DNA from: Selaginella moellendorffii
Lineage: Eukaryota > Plantae > Lycopodiophyta
Length of the DNA stretch: 64,000 bases
Assembly (NCBI RefSeq): GCF_000143415.4
Contig: NW_003314362.1
Location: 248,001-312,000 of the forward strand
Direction: 5' to 3'
The first letter of the stretch is position 1. Every line of letters starts with the position of its first letter. Positions 46,440 through 60,295 of this stretch are shown one piece after another. Both the position numbers and the translations under genes were made by a program. The notes under the pieces were generated by a model. That model had not been told where the DNA came from. It saw only the letters and a program-made list of their open reading frames with translations, and did not search any database.

Positions 46440-49400
46440 GAAAAAAATAAATTAGTTGGTTCTCTGGCTGTGGATTCGAACCTGTGACCTTGCCAATTTC
46501 TTTATTCTAGCCAGATATCCGGCCAACAGGTTCCCGACCAAAATATACATTAATAGGTTTGTTACTTTCCTTGCTTTTGAATGAATCATTTCTTGTTTTG
46601 TATTAATTGCAAACGTTAGAGTTTCTCCGCGATATTGGAATTTCTCCCTCTTTCTCCATCCCGCAGCTTTCCAGAGACCAAAAAGACAGTGGTCGACCTA
46701 GCCCAGACTTGCCGGGCCCGTATGTGGACGGGTGGGTCTTTATGAAATTGGATGTGTTAGTGGCAGGAGTGCTTGAGCAGCAGCAGCCACGATGATCATG
46801 GTCAGTGTGTCCATCTAGCCGAGACTAACACATCTCAGCATTGCTCGCTTGAACATCAACAGGTTTGGACGAGGAGAGGAGCTGAAACTTGCAGCCCGCG
46901 TGACTCGTAATGCAGCCTTGTCTAGGAAATTTTTTCGATCATTGCACTCCTCCATTTTCTATGTGATGTCCTTGAATTTCAGCTAGAGGGGTTGTCCAAG
47001 TTTGTGGCACAGGAGCCAATTGCCACTGATCCAGCAGCAGTAGCAAGATTTCTAGGAGCGATGGCGAAACAGGAGAAATTTTTGGCAAAAGCTATGGTTC
47101 CTTGGTGGCTGGGATCTTACTTTTTGATTTGATTTGAAGTTTGCACCTTTCAGGCTCTTACCATCATCACGCAAAGCGCCATCCCTTGGACTGCCATGGA
47201 CGCACGTTGACTTCCGACCAACGAGATCTATCTCGCGGAAGATTTGCAGCGCTTGCTTGCCGGATCCACTCTGAGGGAGCGAGTTCCAGCAAATCCCGAC
47301 TTGAGAGAACATCTCGTCGAAATATTTCCGTGCATCGTGGAGGCTACGGCAGCGAGCATAAATATGCTGAGCAGCGCCGTGAGCACCACGCCCTCTCTAG
47401 CGATATACCCCTCCATCGCGAGAGCATGGCCAGCGAGTTGCAAGCATTCACGGCCACGGACTGTAATTAAGAATTCGTGAATCCATCCTCCTACATGCTT
47501 CGTCAAAATAGCAAATGGCACGGCGATCTATAGGACTACTGACGACCTTGCTCCACACTTTCTCGATCGCATTCCAACCACTCGAGCAGCGTTGGATTGC
47601 CGCGCTTGTCCCGAGAGCGTGGTCTTTCTTTCTTGGATGATCCGGTCTGGCTCAAACCAAAACACACACCTTCAAACTAGCACACATCAGACCATGACAA
47701 GCATTGCTTATGTAAAAGGCGGTATGTATGGTTCTTGTCGCGCTCTTTTTCTTATACTCTTGTCCAGATCACTCAAGAGACTGTCTAGAGCTACTGGCTT
47801 CATTATTCCTCATCTTCGCCACCTTGATTCTCACCGAGCCATGTGTCAAGTGCATTGCGTTCTTGTAAGCACTAGGCTAGTGGAGTCACGCTTAAAAGCT
47901 TCTCTTTGTTCCTTACCACGCTCGCAGTGGCTTGAGGTGGGTCCTTGCAGATCCTTGTGTTGTATCATTCCACCGCTTGTCGTGCTTCTTCTTTGCTCTC
48001 ACCTGATGCTCGACCAACGCTCTCACAGGCTACAGTGAATAACAAAGGAATCACTGATGCCACAAGCTTCAGGTTCCAGTCTAATCAGTTGCACCAAATC
48101 AGGGCTGCTCCATTGTCCTCTGGTGTTTTTGGGAGTGGTTTTCAACAGGGAGGATTCGATCTTGCAAAGAAGAGAGAAACAAACAAATACCCAAACCTCC
48201 AGCAGTCTTGACATTTCCAGATGCCTCTCAGCTCTGCTGTTCAAGAGGGTGCGTGGATCAAATCAAACTCCCTCTTCCAGAAACTTTTCTTGTTCCGAGA
48301 AACAAATTTTGCGCCAAAAAATAATCCTGGAACCACTAAGAGAGGCTTGGGAAACATTTGCACGACCTTGCCCAGAATTTGCACGTTATTGATACGAAAC
48401 AAGTAATCAACACATTCATTCAAAAGCAAGCGTAATGTGAAAGTAACAAACACGCTAACAAGCTATTAATGTTTAATTTGGACGGGAACCTATCTGGCTA
48501 GAATAAAGAAATTTATTGGCAAGGTCACAGGTTCGAACCCACAGCCAGAGAACCAACTAAAATAATGTTGGAGTTTCTCCGCGATATTGGAATTTCTCCC
48601 TCTTTCTCCCTCCCGCAGCTGAGAGACAAAAAAGACAGTGGTCGATCTAGCCCAGAAAGAAAGGATCCTGGAATGTGGAACGATAGATAATATTTTTGGA
48701 GGAGGAACTTGCACCTCGCGTGACTCGCAATCCAGCCTTGTTACGATCACACAGAGTGCTGCAGACTGCCAGGGAAGAACACGAACGCTTAGCGGCACAC
48801 TCTGCAAGCTGGAAAGCGAGCTATTGAGCAGGGCAGAGACACCGACACCACATGACCCTGGACATCGGTTTAGCCGACCTTCGAATGGCTGTGCGTCATC
48901 CAGAGGACAGGTCCAACTAGTCATCGCCGCGTTACGACGAGTCTAAGTTAGTTGCACCAACTCAAGGATGTTCTGTTTTGTTTCATGGTTTTGAACACGA
49001 TTTTTCTTTATGAACAAGCATCAAACTGGAAGCCCTGGGTGGTGTCTTGAAGGATTAAGCTCCCCGAGGATTTCATCTTGCGAAGAAGAGAGAAACAACT
49101 ACCCGAGCACTCTTGACATTTCCAGATGCCTTGCAACTCGAATCTCTTGGGCAGAACGCACCGGTGCTCTTCAAGAGGGTGCCTGGATCAAATCAAACTG
49201 AGCTGAGCACCATGCCCAGAATTTGCACGCGATTGATACAAAACAAGAAACGATTCATTCAAGAGCAAGAAAGTACCAAACACGTTAACAAGCTATTAAT
49301 GTTTAATTTGGACGGGAACCTGTATCTGGCTAGAATAAAGAAATTTATTGGCAAGGTCACAGGTTCGAATCCACAGCCAGAGACCCAATTAAACTTTACT

Positions 49401-49660
49401 TTTTTGAGTGTACCCGGTTTTTGAGCGAGAATTATCTCTCTTTCTCCCTCCCGTCAAGAATTTGCCGGGCGTGGACGGATGGGTCTTTATGGAATTGGAT
49501 GTGTCAATGGCATCTTGGAGCTGGAGTGCTTGAGCAGCAGCAGCCACGATGATCATGGTCAGTGTGTCCATCTAGCCGAGACTCTTCCTTTTGCTTTAAA
49601 GTCATCTCAGCATTGCTCTTGGACGAGGAGAGGAGCTGAAACTTGCAGCCCGCGTGATGC
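46440..49660. repeat. Mosaic, mostly inverted copy of the 9.8-12.5 kb and 20.6-22.1 kb fragment blocks
   Basis: 47930-48920 is the diverged reverse complement of ~9830-10860, 48945-49655 of ~11130-11820, and 47170-47560 of ~21690-22070. Confidence 0.85.
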
Positions 49661-49849
49661 AGATTTAAGGGTTTATACTAAACTGCTAAGGGTTCTATGA
49701 ATTTGATCATTCGTTAAAGACAAAGTATGACAAAGTATCTTCTCGAGCGTGAGGGATCTAAATCCAAGGAAGCGAAAAAAAATTCCGTAAGCTCTAGATG
49801 ATCGACTTTACCTCGATCTCCGGTGAATGATACGTCTTGCAATTGCAAT

Positions 49850-50100
49850 TTCTTTCCAGGATGCGATCAAAGAGCTTGAGAAGGATGCACGTTTTGGCTG
49901 TGGAAAGCAATGAAAACATAGGACTTTTATTGACCATTTGCAATGACAAGTATATACAAACGCTGAACAAGGAGTGGCTCGGCAAGGATCGTCCCACCGA
50001 TGTGTTGTCATTCCCTCGAGATCAGCTAGCGGGAGAATTGCCTCTTGTAAGTTCCTCCGAATTGTCACTCTTGACCATTTCCATTTTCTCTTTTGACAAA
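49850..50100 (+). pseudogene. Inverted copy of YbeY exon 2 with flanking intron sequence
   Basis: [38 protein letters not shown], the reverse complement of ~51900-52170. Confidence 0.9.
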
Positions 50101-50337
50101 AGCATTTTTGCATTCATATGTCTAATGCTTAGTTGTGCGTTGAGCGCTATAACTTGTCTCTAAAATCTTTTACGTTAAAGCTGTATGGTCGATCTGCTGG
50201 ATGGAGAGGAGATGATCGACTGTTTCCAGCCTGATGCTGTTTCCTGTCAAAGTTCCAGATCCACAAGTATATAGCTAGTTCTTGTTGTTGATGCTGTTAT
50301 AGATCCACCGAGTTTATCTTGTATAGGCGATGCTTTA

Positions 50338-52507
50338 TCATGGAAGGATGAAACGTTCCAGCGCTTCAGCCACTCCATCCTTGTCATTGGTAGCCACAGT
50401 AACGTCGGCGACTTCCAGAGTTTTTGGAGCTCCGTTGCCCATGGCAACTCCCCATCCAACCATCTCTAGCATCTCGATGTCGTTCTCGCCGTCTCCAATC
50501 GCCATCACCTCGTCCGGATCAACGTCCATGTGTTGGAGCAGTAGCTTCACTCCCGCGCCCTTGGAGGCACCCTCGGGGAGGATCTCCAGCATGTCTCGCT
50601 GCGCCTGGACGAGCGTCGCATGGCCCTGCGTTATCGACTGCCATTCCGGCCTGAGAATCCGGTCGATCCTTTCCTGCTCCTCGAAAAACAATAGCTTCTG
50701 GACTTTGTGCTTCTCCAGCTCGTCTATAGACTTTAAAACTTCCCCCTGCGACGATGACCAGAGTTGTGAGCTTCGATTCTAAGATCAAGTAGCTAGAACA
50801 CTCGAGAGTTACTTACTCTAGGCTCGAAGTAATCCTCGTGCAAATGATCGAGGAACGGATGGTCAAACGAGGCCACAATGCGGTCTCCACAAAATCCAAC
50901 TGCGGGAATGTTGTGCTCTAGCGAATATTGAAAGGCCTGAGACATGTACAAGTTTTACGACCAGATAAAGAGTCAATGAGATTCCCTACTTTGGTGCAAT
51001 AGTCCAGAGGCAGCACTCCTCTATGAACAACGGCACCTCCTTCTCCAAACACTAGCAATCCCTGGATAATTATCGTAACGCGTTAGATATAACCTTTTCT
51101 CAAGTTAAACAGCGCTACCTAAGCAAAATTACCTGGATAAAGACACCAGGCGTGGTGCTTGAGAGAACACCACCCTGGCCTTCTAGTCCAACTGGTCGAA
51201 GTGCTTTCATGGTTGCTTGTCTAGTCTGCAATAAAAATGTATTTCAGGAGCTAAGCCAAAACCTTGAAGCAAGGTAACATACCTTTCCAGTAGCTATGAT
51301 TACTTGCACACCGATTCCTAGCGCTGCTTTGAGAGCATCTGCCGTCTTCCTCGATACTTGGCTTCTGCTGTTCAAGAGGGTGCCTGGATCAAATCAAACT
51401 TAAGATGAAACAAGTCATCGTAGAAGCAAATGTATCGTACCATCCATGTCACAGAACAAGATCTTAAACGGGGATCTTTTCTTCTTTCGAGGAACAGATT
51501 TAGCTGCAACAAAAATCTCAATCAACATCCGCCAAACTCAAAAGACTGAATCTAACTCTTGGATTCTTTTGTATCGGCTGCCGGCTCGGATTGAGACGCG
51601 GAGATTAGTCCTTTGCCTGTCCATCCGAGACTGCTTAGAATCTCCATCTCTTTTTTTGCCATGGCCTTGGACTCTTTGACTCCCAGCTCGTGATCGTGTC
51701 CCAGAACATGAAGCAAGCCATGAACCTGTCATCGTTATTTGTTTTAGTGGCAAAAAGAAAAAGTTGCTATGAAAGATGAATTCCAAAGCATACCAGTAAA
51801 ATCCTCATTTCATCGAGAAGAGAATGATTTCTTTCTTGTGCTTGACGAGCAGCAGTCTCTACAGAAATGACTACATCTCCCAGCAACAGCTGCAAAAGCG
51901 AAAATTGAAATGGTCAAAGAACGACAATTCGGAGGAACTTACAAGAGGCGATTCTCCCGCTGGCTGATCTTGAGGGAATGACAACACATCGGTGGGACGA
52001 TCCTTGCCGAGCCACTCCTTGTTCAGCTTTTGTATATACTTGTCATCGCAAATGGTCACTGAAAGCTCAGTGGTTTCAGCCGATTCGGCCGCTTCATAGC
52101 CTTTGATTGCGAGTTCCACAGCCAAACGTGCGTCCTTCTCAAGCTCTTTGATCGCACCCTGGAAAGAAAAAGCTCCATAAGCTCAAAAACAAAGAAAATG
52201 ATCGACTTACCTGGATCTCTGGTGTCATCGCCAGAGATTCTTCCGCTATAACAGGTGTGCTGATCTCCAGCTCCTTCTCGGGAGCCACCGTAGACACACA
52301 TTTTACTTGAAACTGAGAGCTCTTCCTATCACTCACAAGAAAACCACTGGCGGAGCATCTTTGCTGGAGCGACCACTTAATCGGAGCCCAAGATCGCGTA
52401 AACGCGACGCTGCTCGACCGTTGCCACTGCCTCAGATTGAAATATCCAATGCCGGAGATCCTGGACGACGCCTTGGTGCCGGGCAAGACGCTACGAGCTA
52501 GCGCCAT
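50338..52507 (-). CDS. YBEY: Plastid endoribonuclease YbeY fused to a Cof-type HAD hydrolase, multi-exon
   Basis: Transit peptide; [33 protein letters not shown]; [14 protein letters not shown]; [13 protein letters not shown] metal motif; DMD|GTLLNS; KGAG...[12 protein letters not shown]...VAMGN. Confidence 0.95.
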
Positions 52508-53238
52508 AGCTCAGAGAACTGAATAAAGAGCCCTAAAATCCCAACTGTAAGGAAGTGCCTTTAAAAGCTCCACACACGAAAAGATCCAGGAGAATATTCA
52601 CAAGAATATGCCTCGGTCATAGCGACAACATGTAGGACACGTGCTGTGTTTTGAGTGGTGGGCACGTTTGAACCACTTACCTAATGAGAGGGTGGCATTG
52701 CATCGTCCAAGTTGTTTAAATGAATTCCAATTTTTTGTGAAGCACCAAGGATGAGTGTCTATTTGGTTGACAGGTGGGGACTACTTTTTATCACACGTGA
52801 TTAGGGCTCATGCTCGCTGTTTTGCCGCGCTCAAGTTTACGAAATTAGGGTTCTTGCGCTTGACATGTTTGACTTTTCGAGGATGAGAACAAAACCAAAC
52901 TGACAGGGACGCATCAACGAAACGCATTCAATGCCTAAACGCGCATTTCTACTTCTTCCTCGAATCTAATTAAAGAGAAAAAAGTCTTCGAGATGGTCGC
53001 GTTCTCTGCATCCATCAAACGGTTTGGAAACGAGACCCTTTAGTCTTCGTCGTCTGCATTGTCAATCTCATATAGCTGTCTCACACGGCAAATTGATATA
53101 TTGTGAGCGTGCTAGCGCGAGTGACCAGATATGGCATCCAGTAAACTCTTTGACACTGTCAAAGCTCTTGCTTTGGCCATGTCGGTGTGTGTCGCAGAGA
53201 CGTTATACTCCGAGGAATCAATCAATCAGGCAGTATAA

Positions 53239-54448
<1,210 letters not shown>

Positions 54449-54482
54449 TGATGTTATAACAGAGGAAAAAAAAAACGATTTT

Positions 54483-54562
54483 TGACGGCTGTGGGATTTG
54501 AACCCACGCCCTAACGGATTGGAGCCTAAATCCAACGCCTTAGACCACTCGGCCAAGCCGTC
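54483..54562 (-). tRNA. tRNA-Leu(UAG)
   Basis: GACGGCT TGGCCGAGTGGTCTAAGGCG TTGGA TTTAGGC TCCAA TCCGTTAGGGC GTGGG TTCAAAT CCCAC AGCCGTC A; full cloverleaf with a long variable arm and a T-run terminator downstream. Confidence 0.95.
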
Positions 54563-55096
54563 AATGCATGGGATGCTAGGTATTTTAGACTTTACAATGT
54601 AAAACGATAACTTCTGCTTGGGGGCAATTAAAATTTTTTGGGTATCTCACTACCACGAAATAATCCCAAATGTCTTGGACCCTTATAAACACAATATATT
54701 AACTATAATAATAATGTGGTTTATTGGCACATTTCTTACTCTCTAGGGTTTTTTAGTGTCTCTTTCCATTTAGGAGCTTCCGCGAGAGGTATGAATCCAT
54801 CCAAGATTGAAATGGGAAGGCCATTAGCGCTTCGACGTCGGCCGAGCGTATTTACATACCCAGCCGCGCGAGAACAGTCTACCTGGATCGCGGTAAGATC
54901 AATGAAAAAATGTAATAGGCAAAAGAACAGCAGAATTTGAGCTGTTATAGGCATTGGTGGCAGAAACGAAGATTTGCTTCCGGAAGTTCGTTACACTGTT
55001 GAACGGCTTGTTTCGATCTACAAAGCTGGTATGACGCTCTTTTCATTCTGCATTGTTTTGCATTCATGCTCGTTTTATTTCTATCGCTGCTGTCAC

Positions 55097-56885
55097 TTAC
55101 GAGCTTGTTCGGCAGACTCTGGCGGCTTTGAAGAACACTCCGGGCCTGCAAAAGAAGTTCTGTTCAGGGGCACAATGGCTATCTTCGCTGCAGACGCATA
55201 GTCCTTCGAGGCCGCAATATTTCCTCTTGATTGACACCTTCCTGCCTCCTTTAATGCCCAGCACCGCGTCAGACCATTCACTTGAGAAATAGCCGTGAGG
55301 GTCCATCCGTCTCTTGACTCTGAGGAACTTGGCAAGGCTTGTCACTCTGGCTCCCATGTTCTCAAACGCAGCGTCCTGGTTTTTCCCCCAGTGTGGCCTT
55401 CCATTGTATTTCTTCAGTAGCAGCTGCTTGATCTCTTCCATGGAATCTTCATCTAGAGTTGGAGTGTTGCTCTTTCTGTCCCTGTATAAGAGCATATCGA
55501 ACTGCACTGAATCCTGAGGACTTGCAAGGTAAGCACTTGAACCTCGAACAAATCTGAAAATGGTGCCTCCGTACATGTTGAGCACGCACAGCTTGTCTGG
55601 ATTTTTATCTCGCAAACTTTTGATATCTTTGATGGCTTGGTTGATTTTAGTGAAAGGTATGGAGATTGCGGTCTCGAAGAAGACGTGGGCTGGCAGCTCG
55701 GGATCCCATGGACAGGTAAACTTGTCACCTTGTGGTGAGGTGCTCTTGTTTTGACACCCCCCTCCTGTTTCCATCAGGTGATTGTATCCTACCACGGGGT
55801 AACCTTTGAAAGTACCATTGTCATTCACGTAACCATCCCCTGTGGCGACTCTGTTACGGACGTTGTTAAGGCTCGTTTCACAAACTTCGGATCTGTTGAA
55901 TGCGGCCTCTCTCTTCTCAGCTGCAGATCAATAAGCTCTGGGTAAGATCAAGTAAATAAGTAGAAATCTCGGAATACTGACCAACTCCTCTCCAGAATGT
56001 GATAGAAGATGCCAGTCGAGGAGTGTAGTTGATGTTGCGGCCTTCACCAGGCGTGGTGACCGGGACTTTCTTACTGTATGTAGCAATGGTCTTACCTTGA
56101 TTTATATGCCAGTTGATCTCACCAAAGTCGTACTTGTGAGCCAGCTCCAGGATATCGTCTTCGAGAGTGGTGTCATTCCTCATTTCCTTTGTAACCGAGC
56201 GCTTGAACATCGGTTCCACTGCAAAAGTCACTTGGGAAATGGCTCCAAGCACACCAATTGATAGCTTTGCCGCATTCAAGTCTTCATCCGACGACGTAAG
56301 CTTGACCACTTTGGCATAGCCTTCCTCTTTCTTGGCAGGAACAACAAGACTAATCCCTACTACGTACTCGTGCAGGGCACCTCCTCGACCATGGAGACCG
56401 CTACCGTGAGCTCCAGTGCTTATGGCACCCGCAACGGAGATGCCATTGAAAGACGGCGAAGGTGGAAAGGCGAGCCCGTCCTCTGCAAGCTTAGCAAACA
56501 AGTACTGAAGTTCAACACCGGCGTCAACAGTAACAGTCTCGGCGGCTTTGTCGATCAAGATAGTGGAATCGTATTTGCTGGTGCTGATGAGAAGGCCTGA
56601 TTTTCCTCGCGGACAGGCAACCTTTGGAAGACTGTGAGCATACTTACTCACTACTTTGATGCTCTGCCCCCGTTCCACAGCGCCAGCGACTGCGGCAATG
56701 AGCTCCTTCTCGTTCGTTGGGTACGCTACAGACTCTACCTCGCAAGGTTCCCGATCAGTCCATATGCCCTGATAGTTATTGACTGTGCAACTTTTGCTTC
56801 CAGGATTGCATTGGATCGGAGATCCCTGTGCCAAAGCTCCGATACAAAGCACCGCTGCTACTACCAAAATCTGTACTCGTCCCAT
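55097..56885 (-). CDS. L-gulonolactone oxidase-like FAD oxidoreductase (GULLO family), signal peptide, 2 exons (intron ~55921-55980)
   Basis: YPTNEKELIAAVA, HSLPKVACP, VDAGVEL, GAISTGAHGS, GVLGAISQVTF, GYPVVGYNH, RPHWGKN and a Cys-rich tail; the splice is in frame. Confidence 0.93.
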
Positions 56886-57559
56886 TTTTGCAGTACTGTC
56901 ACACGCCCTTGGAAGTTTTTAAAGGTAAGGTGCTCCATTCTTTTTATTAGTCTTCATTGCTAACTTAAATGCCTAGTTTGATTGTCTTACACGACTACAC
57001 ATGCAGCCCATGTGCCTTTGATTGATCTACTGTCCAGATCGAAAACGGGGAAGGAAGTACATACTCCGCACATGTCCACTTGCTCAAGTGGAAGATCATC
57101 TAAGATTGCAGCATTTAGAGTTAGTGGAAACACGCTTACAACGTCAACATGTTTCATTTTCTTACCGGAAAGAACGCTCTCTCCTAAGCACTCACATTTT
57201 CAATCTGCGGGAAACTAGAAAATGTGGACGAGCGAAAATGCTTCACGATTCCTTTTCCACTTGTTCCTCATTGTACATTTCCTACACATTGCGCTGTCTG
57301 TGACAAATCGCAGGAACACAAAGCCAAGCTAGAAAGCAAGGAAACTGAAGTTGGTGCTTGCTTCCATCTTCCGAATTTCACTTGAGTAAACACCATTGAA
57401 TCCGCCGAACTATTGTTGCTTAAGTACGCAGGCTGTGTGATGCTGAACGATCGGAATGACTCTCTGGCGATATAATATTAAGCTTAAGCTCGATGTCGAT
57501 GCAATTGTCACACGATAGACTAAAATATCACTCATAATAGTGAGATAGTAATATTTGGC

Positions 57560-58400
57560 GAGCACTTGAAACATCTAGCACAAAGCAGTGTGACAATCTT
57601 GGACAAAGAAAGGCATGCATTGCAGGAGCTCCTCTGCATCCTCACTAGTTCAGTTGTTACTCTTGACACCCTCGAGATCCAAACCGAACAGTATCACTTC
57701 CATGGCCGTTTTGGGCATGCGCCTGGATCAAGACATGCCACAGATGCCGTGACGGTCGAGTTCCACGTGCTGTGGCATCTTTCCAAATAACTCTTTCAAT
57801 TCTTGAATATACCCACCTTGGGCATATGCCACGAGGACAGTATTACCATTTAGATCGTAAGCTGCGAACATATCCGTGCATTTTACCACGTTTTACATGT
57901 GGATCGACTCAAACAGAAGCTCCGCTTGTTCTAGATACCCATTTTCGGCAAATGCTGTAAGCATCGCGGTTGAGGTTGCAACGTTTGGCTCCAAACTTTG
58001 ATCATACTTGGCTCTTTGGATATAGTCAGAGACACCATGTCCAGAAATGTTGAGCACGTTGGATCTTAAGAACTTCTCCTGGGAAGTGTGTGGAAGAGCT
58101 TCTCGGCGCGATCCATTTGCCCCGCCTGGATCATGATGCCCCAGGTGACGAGGTTCCAATGGGGGAATAGCTCCTCGGATCGATCCTTCCATTCTGGGGC
58201 TCTCCATTGAATCCAACATGGCCTTGGATCAATCGGGTGCGTACAAGGCCGTCCACGCGATGCGCATGCAATCGAATGCCTCTTGTGCCCGCCAATTCTC
58301 CCCATTGAGATGCAGCCTCGCAAATCGATCGCGGCGAACAGAGGTCTCGCGTCGTCAAAATGCCCGGTGGAAGAGGCTGCGGGACGCTTGGTAGCTGCGG
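57560..58400 (-). pseudogene. PPR remnant
   Basis: EPNVATSTAMLTAFAENGYLEQAELLFESI and NLVTWGIM..GQMDRAEKLFHTLP; frameshifted. Confidence 0.7.
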
Positions 58401-58508
58401 TGATCGAGCAAACACCCTGGCCTCGCCCAAGCTCCAGCACTTGGAGTGGAGATCGATGAGACTGGGAAGAAGAAGAAGAATGAAATGCGGCCCGTCAACT
58501 TTTAGGGT

Positions 58509-59488
58509 ATGGCCGCTGCGCTAAGTTTTCATGGAGCTCCGGCCAGGGCACCCTCCAGGCCAGTGATCCGCTGCCAAGCGACGCAGCCAGAAAGCAGCAA
58601 CCCCAAGTTCGTCCCCAAGGAAGTGCACTTGGAGATGACGCTGCAGGAGCTGGGGTGCTGGTCGCCAACCAAAATCTGGCGCCAGGAGCGCTGGCGCAAG
58701 ATGAGCGTCGAGGAGCGAGTAGCCGAATGGTCTGAGGCACAATGCCTGTGGTACGGGCCTCATCAAGTCGATGCAGCGTTGGGTTTCACGGCGTGGCTGG
58801 CGCAGCATGGAGCAGTGGCTGCGCTTGCTGGATCCATCGCTGCGTCGGCTTATGCTACGCCGCGCTCCGGTCCAGATCTATGCTTGATGCTGGGCGTGGA
58901 TGTGGGTGCCATAGAGCAGCTCATCTCCGACAATCCCACGCTGCTCCAGTGGGAGAGCGAGCCAGCGCAGCAAGCTAGCGGGTCGAGTGAGCAAGTGCTG
59001 GAAGGTTGCGTTTCGTTCCTCGCCGGTCCTAGCTTCTATCCGATCACTCTCGTCTTCAACTCCTGGTGGGGTGTCCACCATGCCGTCTCTCGGGCCCTTC
59101 CAGTGGTGCTGCGAGACCAGCCAATGCATGTAAGCTCACGCTCCCTACTCCTTTGTTTTCATTGCACTTGTTTATAACTATAAACACACACACACACATA
59201 CAGGTGATTCCCCGGGAGAGTTTCTGCCTCTACGATGCCATCAAGGGCCATCCACAGCCGTATGAAGTGGTGGAGGTGCTCACAAGTGAGGGAGCATCCA
59301 TCGAAGGGATTGATTCTTACGTGAGTGAGGGCTTGCGCGAGCTGTTTGGCGACGAGTGGAAAGTGTTGCGACAGTGGAAGGAGGTCGTTGCTAAAGCCAA
59401 GTCTATCAAGCCTGAAAAGTATCGACGCATTCGTGATCTGCCTTGGAGGGATGGGATAATGCCAGACTGTCCGACTATACTAGACTGA
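58509..59488 (+). CDS. Unknown protein, 301 aa, probable plastid transit peptide (intron 59130-59203)
   Basis: MAAALSFHGAPARAPSRPVIRCQA start; a GTAAGC...CAG intron joins two ORFs in phase 0. Confidence 0.75.
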
Positions 59489-59859
59489 GGAAATACGTTT
59501 ATGTTGCTTTGTGTTACCTAGTTAGAATTGTTTGTGAGTTTTATTGTTAAGTTCGACCGTTTAAGCGTGGAAATTCTTTTGCTAAGTGTTTCCAAGCAAT
59601 TTGAATTTCCATGATCGAATTCCAAGACATAACGCCGTGTCACTGGATCAAGCAACGAGAACACTCGTCACCCCGGCTATCGGGTTCTTGGTAGCTTTGA
59701 CCGCTGCTCCAATTCTCTATCAGGATTTCCGCATACTGATGAAATGTTGCTGCTGCTGCTGACGTGCAGCCGATTGTGGCGTGAAGGCACGAACTTCCCC
59801 TCTAGCTGAAACTCGTGAAAGTTTTCATGCGTTAGATGGTGATTATATCGAGAAGGAAT

Positions 59860-60150
59860 TCGAGCTGGAAACATCGTAAGCAAATGATGTAACAAAGGAA
59901 GCGAGCAAGAGCAGCAGCAACGCTATGCAAATCCTGCTTATGTTGGAGTACTGGTGCGTCATTTGGGTGCTCTGGAAGCGGGCAAACACAGGGAAGAACA
60001 GGTTCGTGCAAACCAGCACGTATAGGATGTGGTGCTCTGGTGGAAGCCCGGCAAATTCTTGGTGGGAGCTTTCCAATGTTTTCTCCTGCACGCTCATGCT
60101 CACAGTATATGTCCAGAATGGGCATCTTCATTCACAATGCTTTGAATGTT
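59860..60150 (+). pseudogene. Degenerate relative of the 5' part of the PPR gene at 62881
   Basis: Collinear similarity to ~62915-63240 (TGGGTGCTCTGGAAGCGGGCAAAC, AAGAACAGGTT, AATGTTTTCTCCTG) with deletions. Confidence 0.8.
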
Positions 60151-60295
60151 TCTGCGAACTCTCTTTTCCTTCGACAGTCCCCTATTGGATGCAGCAGCTG
60201 AAGCTGTTAGTACACGTTTAATCAAAACATCATGCCTGACCCTGCCGCTGGCTGAAGCCTCAAGTAGAGAGATAATATTTGGATTTCTCTATGAT

